From: Gammaproteobacteria bacterium
GTDB lineage: Bacteria; Pseudomonadota; Gammaproteobacteria; Pseudomonadales; JAUIET01
NCBI GenBank assembly: GCA_030429735.1
Contig: JAUIET010000008.1
Span: forward strand, 74,726-138,725
Direction of reading: 5' to 3'
DNA length: 64,000 bases
How positions within the stretch are numbered: position 1 is the stretch's first letter; each line of letters begins with the position of its first letter. Position numbers and translations under genes: made by a program. Below are positions 10,303 through 20,120 of the stretch, one piece after another. The notes under the pieces are model-generated. The model had not been told where the DNA came from. It worked only from the letters and a program-made list of their open reading frames with translations, and ran no database searches.

Positions 10303-11559
10303 CTATTGGCTTGCTTCAGTCATGCGCGCCAGATACCACTGAACAAAGTCCAGGCAGGCGTATTCGTATTCAGTGTGATAAGGGCCGGGTTGGTAGAACC
10401 GCGAGTTAACGCCCTCGGCATTACGGCGGATAATGTATTCATCTTCCAGAGTGGTTCGATGCCATAGCCAGGTGAGCTTTTCCTTGTCATAGTCCCGGCC
10501 CTGTTCTGCATCCTCCCGTACAAACCAGGTGATGTGCATATCTGTGTTCAGCTGATCTCTGGGGACGAACCGGTACATCACCCCATGGTCTGGATACACG
10601 ATCAAAAAGGTCAGAGGGCCGAATTGGAAGTCGGCAAGCCCACCGTCGTAACCCTGCAATTTGCCCAATAAGGGGGCCACTGCCTGACCGTCTTCGCTGC
10701 CACTCACGTGACCTGGATACAATGCATAGCGGCTGCATTCAACGCCGCCACCGGGAGAATCAGCATGTTGATAAACCTTATACACGAGGTCGCCAATTCC
10801 AGGAACGCCCGTCTGCTGCTCACAACGCGCCAGCATCTCTTCAGTTTCCTGTTTAATATTATCTTCTAAATCACTGATTGTATGAAGTTTTGCATAAGCT
10901 CTGTGAGCCGTGGCGCAGTGGTAACATTCCAGGTAGTTTTCCAGTGCGAGCTTCCAATTCGCCGCCACGGGGTAGGTCTGCTGGTGCGCGATTTTCCAGT
11001 TCTCAGGCTCGTGGGCGCTCAGAGGGCCGGCGATGCTTTCTACTTCCTTCGCGATAGGTGATGCATCGGGGTCACAGTTGATCAGAATAAAACCGTGACA
11101 AACATTAACCTGGGCTTTGCCAAGCGAGTGATCTCCGTGCGCGAAACCTGCCACAACATCCATTTGTCGCGCCGATTTAAGTGCGCCATTCAATTCATAC
11201 ACCCAGCCGTGATAGGGGCAGACAAAGGTTTTTCTGTTCCCCGGCGTTTGTTCGCAAACGCGTGAACCACGGTGCCTGCAGTTGTTGAACAAGGCCTGCA
11301 CTTGCCCGCGTTCATCTCTGCAGACGATGATGGATTCTTTGGCCACATCAAACAGAAAGTAGTCGCCGGTTTCTGGAATCTGGCTGATGTGGCCGGCACA
11401 TAACCAGCTTTTGAACAGGATGCCGTCCAGTTCGGTCTGATAAACAAGCGGCGACTGATAGAACCACGAATCCATTGCCTGGCCCGGCCTGGCCTTTTGT
11501 GCCTCCAGCATACCGGTTAGCCGGGTGCGGCTTGCCAGATCAGTGTCTATGAGTTGCAT
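10303..11559 (-). CDS. Rieske [2Fe-2S] non-heme-iron oxygenase, alpha-only type
   Basis: CRHRGSRV...CPYHGWVY and NWKLALENYLECYHCATAH. Confidence 0.85.
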   Translation of the reverse strand: MQLIDTDLASRTRLTGMLEAQKARPGQAMDSWFYQSPLVYQTELDGILFKSWLCAGHISQIPETGDYFLFDVAKESIIVCRDERGQVQALFNNCRHRGSRVCEQTPGNRKTFVCPYHGWVYELNGALKSARQMDVVAGFAHGDHSLGKAQVNVCHGFILINCDPDASPIAKEVESIAGPLSAHEPENWKIAHQQTYPVAANWKLALENYLECYHCATAHRAYAKLHTISDLEDNIKQETEEMLARCEQQTGVPGIGDLVYKVYQHADSPGGGVECSRYALYPGHVSGSEDGQAVAPLLGKLQGYDGGLADFQFGPLTFLIVYPDHGVMYRFVPRDQLNTDMHITWFVREDAEQGRDYDKEKLTWLWHRTTLEDEYIIRRNAEGVNSRFYQPGPYHTEYEYACLDFVQWYLARMTEASQ

Positions 11560-11583
11560 GCTTGTGAACTATCAGGCAGGCGT

Positions 11584-12783
11584 TTAGGCGTCGGGCGCCG
11601 GTGTTTGCAAACGTCGCGCCGGCTCCCACACGGGTTTGGTAATGATCGTGCACTTCGCCATCAACCGGGTCCAGTGCAATTCGCGCATGTAATATATCTC
11701 CGCTTCCAGTTCATCACCTGGTCGACCGTAAGGCATCTCCAGCGATGCCAGCGCAACATTGGTTTTTGCAGTTGGGCACCAGCCTGCCGAAGTGACGGTG
11801 CCTACTGCCTTGCCGCGACAATAAATAAACGAATGTTCAGCGGGTTTGTTACCTTCCACACTGAGCTTTACAAAGCGGTAGCGCGGGCCGTATTCCTTTT
11901 GCTTGAGCAAGGCCTTGCGGCCTGAAAACACAGGCTTGTTGAAATCCACCAACCAGCCCAGGCCAAGTTCCAATGGCGAACGACCACGACCATTGCGAAC
12001 GATTTGTTCGGCGGGCACAAAATCGACACCGGCGGCCAGATAACCCGCTTCAATCCTGGCTATATCCAGTGCTTCAGAGCCAAACGCGCGAATGCCGCGA
12101 AGTTTACCGGCTTCGAACAAGGCGTCCCAAAAACTCTCAGCCTGCTCGGGTGCCATCCAGGCTTCATAGCCGAGGTCACCGGTGTAGCCGGTTCTCGATA
12201 TCATGATGCGTGCGCCATTAAACTCGAAGGTCTGCATGCCAAATGGCTTGAGATTCTCCATTCCGGCAAACCCCATATTGCGAAGTACCCTGCAGGATGT
12301 GGGGCCTTGTATGGCCAGTGCGGCTACGTCCGCGGTTTCATCTATCACCTCAACATCAAAGCCGGCGGCGGACCACATCATCCAGTCCAATACGCGTTCT
12401 TGTGTGCACAAGCGGAATTCATTGTCTGCCAGTCGAAACACGGTGCCATCATCAATTACGTCGCCAGCGTCGTTGCACATCACAATATAGGCGACGCGGT
12501 TAACTGCCAGTTTGGCGATGTTTCGTGTCAGTAGGCGGTCAAGGTAGGCTTCTGCATCAGCGCCTGTTATCCGATACTTGGTCATGGGTGTTAAATCGAA
12601 CACACCTGTGTTGCTACGAATGGCGAAATACTCAAATTCCACATTGGTATAGCTGCTGGGTGTTGTATAACCTTGCCATGCCGACCATTCATTGATTTCA
12701 CACGCCTCAACGACACGGCTGTGAAACGGTGTATGCAGCATCATTTGGGTAGTATGCTGCGGTAGGGCGCTCAGTTCATTCAT
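11584..12783 (-). CDS. Aminomethyltransferase (GcvT/DmdA/LigM-like, folate-dependent) family protein
   Basis: 399 aa. GcvT-type N-terminus (GVFDLTPMTKYRITGADAEAYLDRLLTRNI) and SRTGYTGDLGYE motif. Confidence 0.8.
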   Translation of the reverse strand: MNELSALPQHTTQMMLHTPFHSRVVEACEINEWSAWQGYTTPSSYTNVEFEYFAIRSNTGVFDLTPMTKYRITGADAEAYLDRLLTRNIAKLAVNRVAYIVMCNDAGDVIDDGTVFRLADNEFRLCTQERVLDWMMWSAAGFDVEVIDETADVAALAIQGPTSCRVLRNMGFAGMENLKPFGMQTFEFNGARIMISRTGYTGDLGYEAWMAPEQAESFWDALFEAGKLRGIRAFGSEALDIARIEAGYLAAGVDFVPAEQIVRNGRGRSPLELGLGWLVDFNKPVFSGRKALLKQKEYGPRYRFVKLSVEGNKPAEHSFIYCRGKAVGTVTSAGWCPTAKTNVALASLEMPYGRPGDELEAEIYYMRELHWTRLMAKCTIITKPVWEPARRLQTPAPDA

Positions 12784-12814
12784 GATGTTCTCTTAACTCC
12801 TGCGCTGAGGGCTG

Positions 12815-14377
12815 TCAGCCCCGCAATATCTCTTCGGCTGCATTCTTACCTGCCAGCCCCATAAGCCCACCGCCTGGGTGCGCACCGGCGCCGCACAGAT
12901 ACAAGTTGTCTACCGGGGTTCGGTATTGTGTACAACCCGGCGTTGGCCGCATCATCAACACCTGATCAAGGCTGATTTCACCGTGGTGCCAATGCCCTCC
13001 ATGGGTGTTGAACTGCTGCTCGAGGTCTGCCGGGCTCAGGTACTCTGCGGCGCGTATCTGCTCTTTGATGCGTGGGGCGTATTGCGCGATGGTGTCAATC
13101 GCCACTTTCTGCGCCAGTTGCTTTTGTGCCTCTGTCCAGCCGTCCTTCAGCGCATAGGGTGCGTACTGGACGGTCGCTGACAGTACGTGTTTACCGGCCG
13201 GCGCAAGACTGCCGTCGTGCACAGTGGGAATGGAAATATCCATTGCCGGAGCAGGTGATAACTCTCCGTATTTCGCGTGATTGAATGCCCGCTCCACGTA
13301 CTTCATATCGGGTGCTATCAACAGGCGTGCCCCAGTCTGCTGTGCGTTCAAGCCGGTAAAATCGGGTAGGCCTTCCAGGGCGAGATGCAGCTTGGCGGCG
13401 TTGCCATTCATACGTATCACTTGCACGCGCCGGGAAAACCCCGCTTCGATGTTTCTGAGACCAACCAGTTTGGTGAACGTCGTTTTCGGGTCAGCGTTCG
13501 ATACAATGCTGTTCGCAACGATAGTGTCGCCATTGCCCAGCGTCACGCTTTTTGCAGAATCCGCGTTCAGATTAATCGTTATTACAGCACTGTTAGTGCG
13601 TACTTCAACACCTTGATGCTGCGCAGAATGCAACAGCACATCAGCCAATTGGCCCATGCCGCCTTTCAGCAGTGCCGGGCCGTTAAAGCGGTAGTGCTGG
13701 CCGAGTAAACGATACAGATACGTAAATACTGTGTTGGGCGACCTTGGGCCCATGTGCGAGCCCAATACGGCGTCCAGGCTCAGAGCACCCTTGAGCAACG
13801 GGTTATCCAAATGTTCGTTCAGTAGGTCATAAATATTGATCAGTCCGACTCTGAGCATTTCGCTCATGTCTTCTTTGCCCAGCATTTTCATATCAATGCC
13901 AAGGCGAGCCAGGGTTAACTTGTCGTGCCAATCGCTCTCAATCAACTTTGGCGGACGACGGTTAAACACTCTATCCAGCACTCTTACAAAACGCAGCAGC
14001 TGGCCCTGAAGAGCCGCAAACTGATGAGCGTCTTGTTCGCTTAGATCTCCGCCGCTGGCATGACTGCCATGAATACTGATGTGTTGTTGGCCGTTCGGGT
14101 TTAATGCAATGCTGTCGAGATCTTGAGCCGCATATACCAGACCGTGCGCAATCAGTTTCAGGTCGCTGACAATAGTGGGGTTCAATTGATACAGCCACTG
14201 CGCGCCTGCCGAAACCTTGAAGCCAGGTGCAAATTCACGTGTACACGCTGCTCCGCCAACGGTCGCGTTAGCTTCCAATACAAGAACACTCTTGCCGCTC
14301 TTGGCGAGATAGTTGGCACAGATTAAGCCATTATGCCCAGCACCGATAATGATGGCGTCGTATTTCTTGTCAGTCAT
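12815..14377 (-). CDS. NAD(P)/FAD-dependent oxidoreductase, phytoene-desaturase (CrtI)-like
   Basis: 520 aa. Dinucleotide fold YDAIIIGAGHNGLICANYLAKSGKSVLVLEANATVGGAA and C-terminal LYLCGAGAHPGGG. Confidence 0.8.
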   Translation of the reverse strand: MTDKKYDAIIIGAGHNGLICANYLAKSGKSVLVLEANATVGGAACTREFAPGFKVSAGAQWLYQLNPTIVSDLKLIAHGLVYAAQDLDSIALNPNGQQHISIHGSHASGGDLSEQDAHQFAALQGQLLRFVRVLDRVFNRRPPKLIESDWHDKLTLARLGIDMKMLGKEDMSEMLRVGLINIYDLLNEHLDNPLLKGALSLDAVLGSHMGPRSPNTVFTYLYRLLGQHYRFNGPALLKGGMGQLADVLLHSAQHQGVEVRTNSAVITINLNADSAKSVTLGNGDTIVANSIVSNADPKTTFTKLVGLRNIEAGFSRRVQVIRMNGNAAKLHLALEGLPDFTGLNAQQTGARLLIAPDMKYVERAFNHAKYGELSPAPAMDISIPTVHDGSLAPAGKHVLSATVQYAPYALKDGWTEAQKQLAQKVAIDTIAQYAPRIKEQIRAAEYLSPADLEQQFNTHGGHWHHGEISLDQVLMMRPTPGCTQYRTPVDNLYLCGAGAHPGGGLMGLAGKNAAEEILRG

Positions 14378-15986
14378 CAGCGTATGCTCCCGGCACTATG
14401 TTGGGCCTGCGCAAATCCTGCAGAATTTCCCTGGCGGCATTCGCACCAGGTGCCGCCATCACTCCGCCGCCAGGGTGAGTGCCTGAACTGCACATATACA
14501 TGCCTTTTACCGGGCCGCGGTACTGGGCGTAGCCTGGAAAAGGGCGGTTAAAGAGCAGTTGGTCAAAGGTAAGTTCGCCCATGAATATATTGCCTTCAGT
14601 GAGGCCAACTTCATTTTCCAGCTCGCGCGGTGTGCGCACCTCACAGTGCAATATGAGGTCTCTGAAATCCGGGCTGTGGTTGGCAATTTGCTGAATGACC
14701 GATTCGCCGAACTGATCACGTTCCTCATCCGTCCATTCCCGCCCGTCAATATAGGGTGGGGCGTACTGAACGAACACGGTCATCATGTGTTTGCCGGGTG
14801 GTGCCATGGTCGGGTCTATCTGACTGGGTATGAGCATGTCTAGATAGGGATCTTTTGACCAGGTCTCGTCTTTCCAGTCGTCGTAGGCACGTTCCATGCG
14901 TTCCAGCGAGTCGCTGAAATGCATGTCGCCTTTCAATAAAATGCTGCCATTTTCTATGCCTTCAAACGTTGGCATACCGTCCAGTGCAATATTGAGCTTG
15001 CCCGATGAACCACGAATCTTGAAGTTCCTGGCTTTTTTGACCACATCAGCGGGCAAATCACTCTCAGCCATAATGTTCAGGAAAGTGCGTTTTGGATCCA
15101 GGTTCGATACCACAATATCGGCGTGATACTCGTCACCATTGGACAGCGCAACACCAGTGGTTTTGCCATTCTTAACCATGATCTGGCCCACTTCAGCGTC
15201 GCACTTTATGTCGCCGCCAAACGACTGGAACGATGAGGCGAGGGCAGCGGATACGGCACCCATGCCACCGCGCGCAAAGCCCCAGGCGCCAACGGTGCCA
15301 TCTACGTCGCCCATGTAGTGATGCAGCAATACATAAGCACTGCCAGGTGAATACACGCCCAGCGCGGTGCCGATAATGCCGCTGCCCGCCAGGTGCGCTT
15401 TTAATACATCGGTCTCAAAGTACTCATCGAGAAAATCTCCGATGCTCATGGTCCAAAAACGCAAGGTATCCGCCAGACCTTCTTCTCCCATTTCGCCGAA
15501 GGCTTTGGCAAGATGCATTAGTTCCTTAAGATCTCGTGGCTTGAGCGATGTGGGGTCTGGTGGTGTACGCATCAAAAAAGGGCGAATCAAGCGTGTTTGC
15601 TTCATTACGTCTGCCGCGTAGCGATCATAAGCGTTGGCGTCGCGCTTTGAATGCCGTGCTATCTCGCGTTGCTGGCGTTCGTGGTCGTCGTAGTTGCCAA
15701 AGTAGTCGCCATTTTTGCAGAACGTTACGCCGCCGCCGTACGGTTGTACTTGCAGGCCGTGGCGGGGAAGCTCAAGATCGCGGGTTATTTCGGGGCGAAG
15801 CAGGCTGCATACATAAGAACAGTTGGAGTAGGTCCAGTCTTTGTGCAATTCGCGGCTAACGGTCGCACCGCCTATGTATGAGTTTTTCTCCAGAACGAGC
15901 ACGTCCAGTCCGGATTTTGCCAGATACGCCGCATTGCATAAGCCATTGTGGCCAGCGCCTATGACTATGGCATCGTATTTTTTCAA
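14370..15986 (-). CDS. NAD(P)/FAD-dependent oxidoreductase, CrtI-like (paralogue of the downstream gene)
   Basis: 538 aa with a TTG start 7 nt after GGAGA. YDAIVIGAGHNGLCNAAYLAKSGLDVLVLEKNSYIGGA and C-terminal MYMCSSGTHPGGG. Its stop overlaps the next ATG (ATGACTGA). Confidence 0.8.
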   Translation of the reverse strand: MKKYDAIVIGAGHNGLCNAAYLAKSGLDVLVLEKNSYIGGATVSRELHKDWTYSNCSYVCSLLRPEITRDLELPRHGLQVQPYGGGVTFCKNGDYFGNYDDHERQQREIARHSKRDANAYDRYAADVMKQTRLIRPFLMRTPPDPTSLKPRDLKELMHLAKAFGEMGEEGLADTLRFWTMSIGDFLDEYFETDVLKAHLAGSGIIGTALGVYSPGSAYVLLHHYMGDVDGTVGAWGFARGGMGAVSAALASSFQSFGGDIKCDAEVGQIMVKNGKTTGVALSNGDEYHADIVVSNLDPKRTFLNIMAESDLPADVVKKARNFKIRGSSGKLNIALDGMPTFEGIENGSILLKGDMHFSDSLERMERAYDDWKDETWSKDPYLDMLIPSQIDPTMAPPGKHMMTVFVQYAPPYIDGREWTDEERDQFGESVIQQIANHSPDFRDLILHCEVRTPRELENEVGLTEGNIFMGELTFDQLLFNRPFPGYAQYRGPVKGMYMCSSGTHPGGGVMAAPGANAAREILQDLRRPNIVPGAYADD

Positions 15987-16150
15987 CGTTGGTTCTCCGG
16001 GTTTTGCATGTGGTTTTTGCCGGTAATTTGGACCAGTGAGTTCAAGAACGCCCTAGTACCAGACACGCCATGTCCAGAGCGCTCGCTCTCGGTTTCCTGC
16101 CTTCAGTCTGATCTTCGCGGCAGAATGCCACGATTAAAGAAGAATGTCCA

Positions 16151-16170
16151 ATGAATGAGTATTCATTCAT
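16151..16170. promoter_or_regulatory. Perfect 8-4-8 palindrome, candidate TetR operator in the divergent intergenic region
   Basis: atgaatga-gtat-tcattcat, located between the minus-strand operon (start 15986) and the tetR-family gene (16435). Confidence 0.4.
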
Positions 16171-16257
16171 AACTGGATTATTGGCTGGATATTGGGTAAT
16201 CTTGTTGACAAACATCAGGCTACATTACGGAGGCAGTAGGTGATGTAGCACAGAGGC

Positions 16258-16387
16258 TTTTCGGTGAGTGAGACCTATGCGTGACTGTTTGAGACAAGGA
16301 GGTCGAAAACACCAATAGCAGGCCCTTAAGGGGCGCCCTCAGCAAAGGGTTCACGGCGTATCGCGCAAATATCTCACTCAGCGAAAA
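16258..16387. repeat. Degenerate copy (C) of the long-arm hairpin element family seen at 28599-28862
   Basis: ~27-nt imperfect arms (22/27 complementary) flank a 76-nt loop. The loop ends in gggttcacggcgt, which is identical to the A/B core. It also contains a degraded version of the inner hairpin. Confidence 0.5.
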
Positions 16388-16434
16388 GTCGGTCAATTCA
16401 GATATGCCCAAAACCGCAGTGCGAAGGCTTCCCG

Positions 16435-17097
16435 ATGGATCACCACTTAAAACCGGTTAAAACGGCTCCGGTAACGCCAAAAACAAAAAGACGTGCCATG
16501 CCCGCTGAAGATCGGCGTGAACAGTTGATTCAGGCCACAATAAAATGCATTGCCACCCAGGGTCTATCGTCCACAACCATGGCTCACATAACCAAGGAAG
16601 CAGGACTTTCAATGGGCATTGTGAATCTGCATTTTGAAAGCAAGGAAAAGCTTCTGATTGAAACGCTTCGTCACGTCACCGAGGAGTATCTCCGTGGTTG
16701 GAACGACATAATCAGCGCAGACACAGATGACGCCGCAGCTACGATTAAGACTTTGCTGGAGTTCGAGTTCAGCGCCAGTATTGTGTGTAAAGAAAAGCTT
16801 GCCGTTTGGTTTGCCTTTTGGGGCGAGGCAAAATCTCGACCCATCTATCAGAAGATTTGCGCCAAAAATGATAAGCGCACGGAAGACTCGCTGGTGCAGC
16901 TGTTTCAGCATTTTATCGATAGCGGCGGTTCCTCCTGGCAGCACCTTGATGCTGAACTGCTGGTAAGCACTCTTACAGCGCTGGTTGATGGTTTGTGGTT
17001 GGATCTGTTGCTGACACCCAGGCAGATGACCCGTGCCAAGGCCCGCGAAATCTGTTTGAATTACCTGACAAGCGTTTTTGGCAATCAATTCCAATAA
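16435..17097 (+). CDS. TetR/AcrR family transcriptional regulator
   Basis: 220 aa. N-terminal HTH REQLIQATIKCIATQGLSSTTMAHITKEAGLSMGIVNLHF. Confidence 0.85.
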   Translation: MDHHLKPVKTAPVTPKTKRRAMPAEDRREQLIQATIKCIATQGLSSTTMAHITKEAGLSMGIVNLHFESKEKLLIETLRHVTEEYLRGWNDIISADTDDAAATIKTLLEFEFSASIVCKEKLAVWFAFWGEAKSRPIYQKICAKNDKRTEDSLVQLFQHFIDSGGSSWQHLDAELLVSTLTALVDGLWLDLLLTPRQMTRAKAREICLNYLTSVFGNQFQ

Positions 17098-17110
17098 AGG
17101 GTCGACATTA

Positions 17111-18871
17111 ATGAAATTTCTAATTGCTGTTTGTATCGTTACGGGCCTGGCGGCAGGCATCACAGCCTGTGCGAATCAGTCTACATTGCAACAAGCAGAC
17201 ACCGTTTTTCGCAGTGGCGCGGTGTACACCATGGTTGAATCGCAACCCTGGGCCGAGGCGGTTGCCATTCGCGGTACCGATATCATTGCAGTAGGCAGCA
17301 ACAAAGATGTGGACGCCCTGACTGGTGCTGAGACCAAGGTCATCGATCTGCAGGGTAAAATGTTGCTGCCCGGGTTTCATGACGCGCATATTCACTCGAT
17401 GATGGGTGGCCAGATGCTTACCGGCTGTTCGGTAGCAGACGCCAGCACCGTGCAACAGACGCTGGATATTATTCGCACTTGTGCCCAACAATCAGAGCAA
17501 GAGTGGCTGATCGTCGAAAATTTTGATTTGTCTCTTTTTGGCGAGGATGGTCCGTCGCGTAAGTTGCTGGATGCTATTGATTCTGGACGGCCAATTGTGG
17601 TGAGTGGCGCGGATGGCCACACCAAGTGGCTCAACTCAGCCGCATTGGCAGCGGCTGGTATTACCGCAGACACTAAAACGCCACTCAATGGAGTGATAGA
17701 GCGCGAGGCCGATTATTCTCCGAGTGGAACGTTGAGAGAGGCAGCACTCTCGCTGGTGAGCAAAGTGCAGCCGGTACCCAGCGATGAACAGTTTCGAACG
17801 ATGTTACTCACCGCTGCCAGGGCGATGAACTCGGTTGGTATCACCTCGGTATTGGACGCCTGGGTTGCGCGTTCCAAAGAGGGTTGGAGTGGGGCTACTC
17901 ACATTGCCACAGTCAAGCAGCTTGCCGATGAAGGCTTGTTAACGATTCGACTAAACGGCGCCATGGCGTATGGCTACGGTGATATGTTTATTGCAGATGA
18001 GGGCAAAGTCTACGAGGAAACACTGGCACGACGTGCTGAATTTGAATCCGAACGGTTTCGTCTTCGCACGGTGAAATTGTTTGCAGACGGCGTATTGGAA
18101 GGAGAGACAGCGGCCCTGGTTGACCCCTACGTTGGTAAGAATGGATCAACCGGCAATCTTACGTTTTCTGCGCAAGAGCTTAAGAAAATCGTTACCGAGC
18201 TGGATGCGCAAGGTATCCAGGTATTCACCCATGCGATTGGTGATGGTGCGGTGCGCGCCACCCTGGATGCAATTGAAGCGGCCAGAGAGGTAAACGGCGC
18301 CGCTGATCGTCGTCATCATATCTCGCACCTCCAGCTTATTCACCCGGATGATATTCCGCGCTTTGCGGAACTGGGTGCTGTGGCAAATTTCCAGGCCTTG
18401 TGGGCCTATCCCGATGACTACATTATGGAGTTGAATTTGCCGGTACTTGGTCAGGCCCGTGTTAACCGCATGTATCCGATTGCCAGTGTGGCGAAAACCG
18501 GTGCGGTGGTTGTCGGCGGCAGTGACTGGAATGTGTCATCCATGAATCCGCTGGAGGCGATAGAAACGGCCCTGTTGCGCAGTGATGTGCTCAACAATGG
18601 CAGTAACGCAAGCAACAACGCAAAGCACGCACAAGTGTTGAACGAGAATGAGCGTGTTGATCTGGACACGATGTTGCGCGCCTATACCTCAGCCGCGGCG
18701 TGGTCAATGCATCAGGAAGCTATCAGTGGTCGGGTTGAAGCCGGCAAGCGCGCGGACATTATTGTATTGGATCGCAATTTGTTTCAGATTAAACCGGAAT
18801 TCATCAGCGAGACCCAGGTGTTGATGACATTGATTGATGGGCAAGTTGTTTTTGAGCAGACGCGCAACTAA
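17111..18871 (+). CDS. Exported metal-dependent amidohydrolase (Amidohydro_3 / YtcJ-like), probable lipoprotein
   Basis: ATG at 17111 gives MKFLIAVCIVTGLAAGITAC (lipobox). LPGFHDAHIH metal motif and GSDWNV near the C-terminus. The track's TTG start at 17078 overlaps the tetR end. Confidence 0.8.
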   Translation: MKFLIAVCIVTGLAAGITACANQSTLQQADTVFRSGAVYTMVESQPWAEAVAIRGTDIIAVGSNKDVDALTGAETKVIDLQGKMLLPGFHDAHIHSMMGGQMLTGCSVADASTVQQTLDIIRTCAQQSEQEWLIVENFDLSLFGEDGPSRKLLDAIDSGRPIVVSGADGHTKWLNSAALAAAGITADTKTPLNGVIEREADYSPSGTLREAALSLVSKVQPVPSDEQFRTMLLTAARAMNSVGITSVLDAWVARSKEGWSGATHIATVKQLADEGLLTIRLNGAMAYGYGDMFIADEGKVYEETLARRAEFESERFRLRTVKLFADGVLEGETAALVDPYVGKNGSTGNLTFSAQELKKIVTELDAQGIQVFTHAIGDGAVRATLDAIEAAREVNGAADRRHHISHLQLIHPDDIPRFAELGAVANFQALWAYPDDYIMELNLPVLGQARVNRMYPIASVAKTGAVVVGGSDWNVSSMNPLEAIETALLRSDVLNNGSNASNNAKHAQVLNENERVDLDTMLRAYTSAAAWSMHQEAISGRVEAGKRADIIVLDRNLFQIKPEFISETQVLMTLIDGQVVFEQTRN

Positions 18872-18947
18872 GCACCTGGTGCGCGCGTTGTGCACTACCT
18901 CAGAACGCCGGAGAGCAAAGTCGAGATTCCGGGAACGGTTTTAGAAG

Positions 18948-20084
18948 ATGGACGAATTACGCAATAAATTACAGCGATTTGCCGCCCAGTCGTTTCCATC
19001 TGCGGTAACGGCACCGCCCGAAATGTACAGTTCGGGCGAGTTACACGCGCTTGAACGCCAACGTATTTTTGCCAGGGAATGGGTATGTGTGGGGCGAACC
19101 CGGGAAATACCCGAGGTCGGTGATTACCTGACAAGCCGTCTTGAGGACCACTCGATTATCGTTGTCAGGCAAGCAAATAGCAGTGTGAAAGCTTTGTCGA
19201 ATGTGTGCTTGCATCGCTGCGCGCAACTTTTGCATGGCAGTGGCAATGTAAAATCCATTGTGTGTCCTTACCACGCCTGGGTTTATCAACTGGATGGCCG
19301 GTTAAGCAACACCATTCATATGGCGCAAACACCAGGGTTCGATGCCTCGACACATCAATTACCTGAAGTGCGCAGCGAGATATGGCATGGTTTTATTTAC
19401 ATCACTTTGAATGCGAGCGCGACACCGATACGTGATTTGTTGTCCGACTTCGAAGACGTCGTACGGGGCTATAAGCTTGAGCAGTATGTGCACGCATTCA
19501 GCTATGAGGAATCCTGGCCCGCCAACTGGAAGTGCTTTGTTGAAAATTACCTGGACGCGTACCATATCTTCAAAGTTCATAAGAAAACCTTCGGAGCGTA
19601 TGGTCATTTTGAGAACCAGACCGAATTGTTTGATGGCGGCGATCAATACACGTACCACCTGATTGTTGGCGATGAAACGGCGGCTTACCGCGCCGACCCG
19701 GCTGACTCGCTTGCGCATCCAAACAATGCATCGCTTGATGGAAAGTGGCGGGCAACCACGGTGCTCGCGGCGGTATTCCCCAGCCATACAATGCAAATTC
19801 AGCCCGACTTACTGTGGTATGTAACGGTTCTTCCAGATGGTGTGGACCGCTTTCGTATGCGCTGGTCTGTGTCGATTCCACCGGAAATAATGAAAGACAA
19901 TGATTCTGCAGCCTATGTTGAGACCGCACGCACTTTGCTGTGCGCCGTCAATGCCGAGGATGAAGCGATAATTGAGCGCGTCTATCGAGGGTCTCAAGAC
20001 CCGCTGGCAGTATCGGGTCCGTATTCCTGGCTGGAACGAAACGTTTTTCAGTTTGGTCGCTATCTCGCTCGAATGGTAAGCTAA
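18948..20084 (+). CDS. Rieske [2Fe-2S] non-heme-iron oxygenase, alpha-only type
   Basis: CLHRCAQL...CPYHAWVY and NWKCFVENYLDAYHIFKVH. Confidence 0.85.
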   Translation: MDELRNKLQRFAAQSFPSAVTAPPEMYSSGELHALERQRIFAREWVCVGRTREIPEVGDYLTSRLEDHSIIVVRQANSSVKALSNVCLHRCAQLLHGSGNVKSIVCPYHAWVYQLDGRLSNTIHMAQTPGFDASTHQLPEVRSEIWHGFIYITLNASATPIRDLLSDFEDVVRGYKLEQYVHAFSYEESWPANWKCFVENYLDAYHIFKVHKKTFGAYGHFENQTELFDGGDQYTYHLIVGDETAAYRADPADSLAHPNNASLDGKWRATTVLAAVFPSHTMQIQPDLLWYVTVLPDGVDRFRMRWSVSIPPEIMKDNDSAAYVETARTLLCAVNAEDEAIIERVYRGSQDPLAVSGPYSWLERNVFQFGRYLARMVS

Positions 20085-20120
20085 CGTTTTTTTCGGACAT
20101 TAGCGTTAATAAGGCGAATT

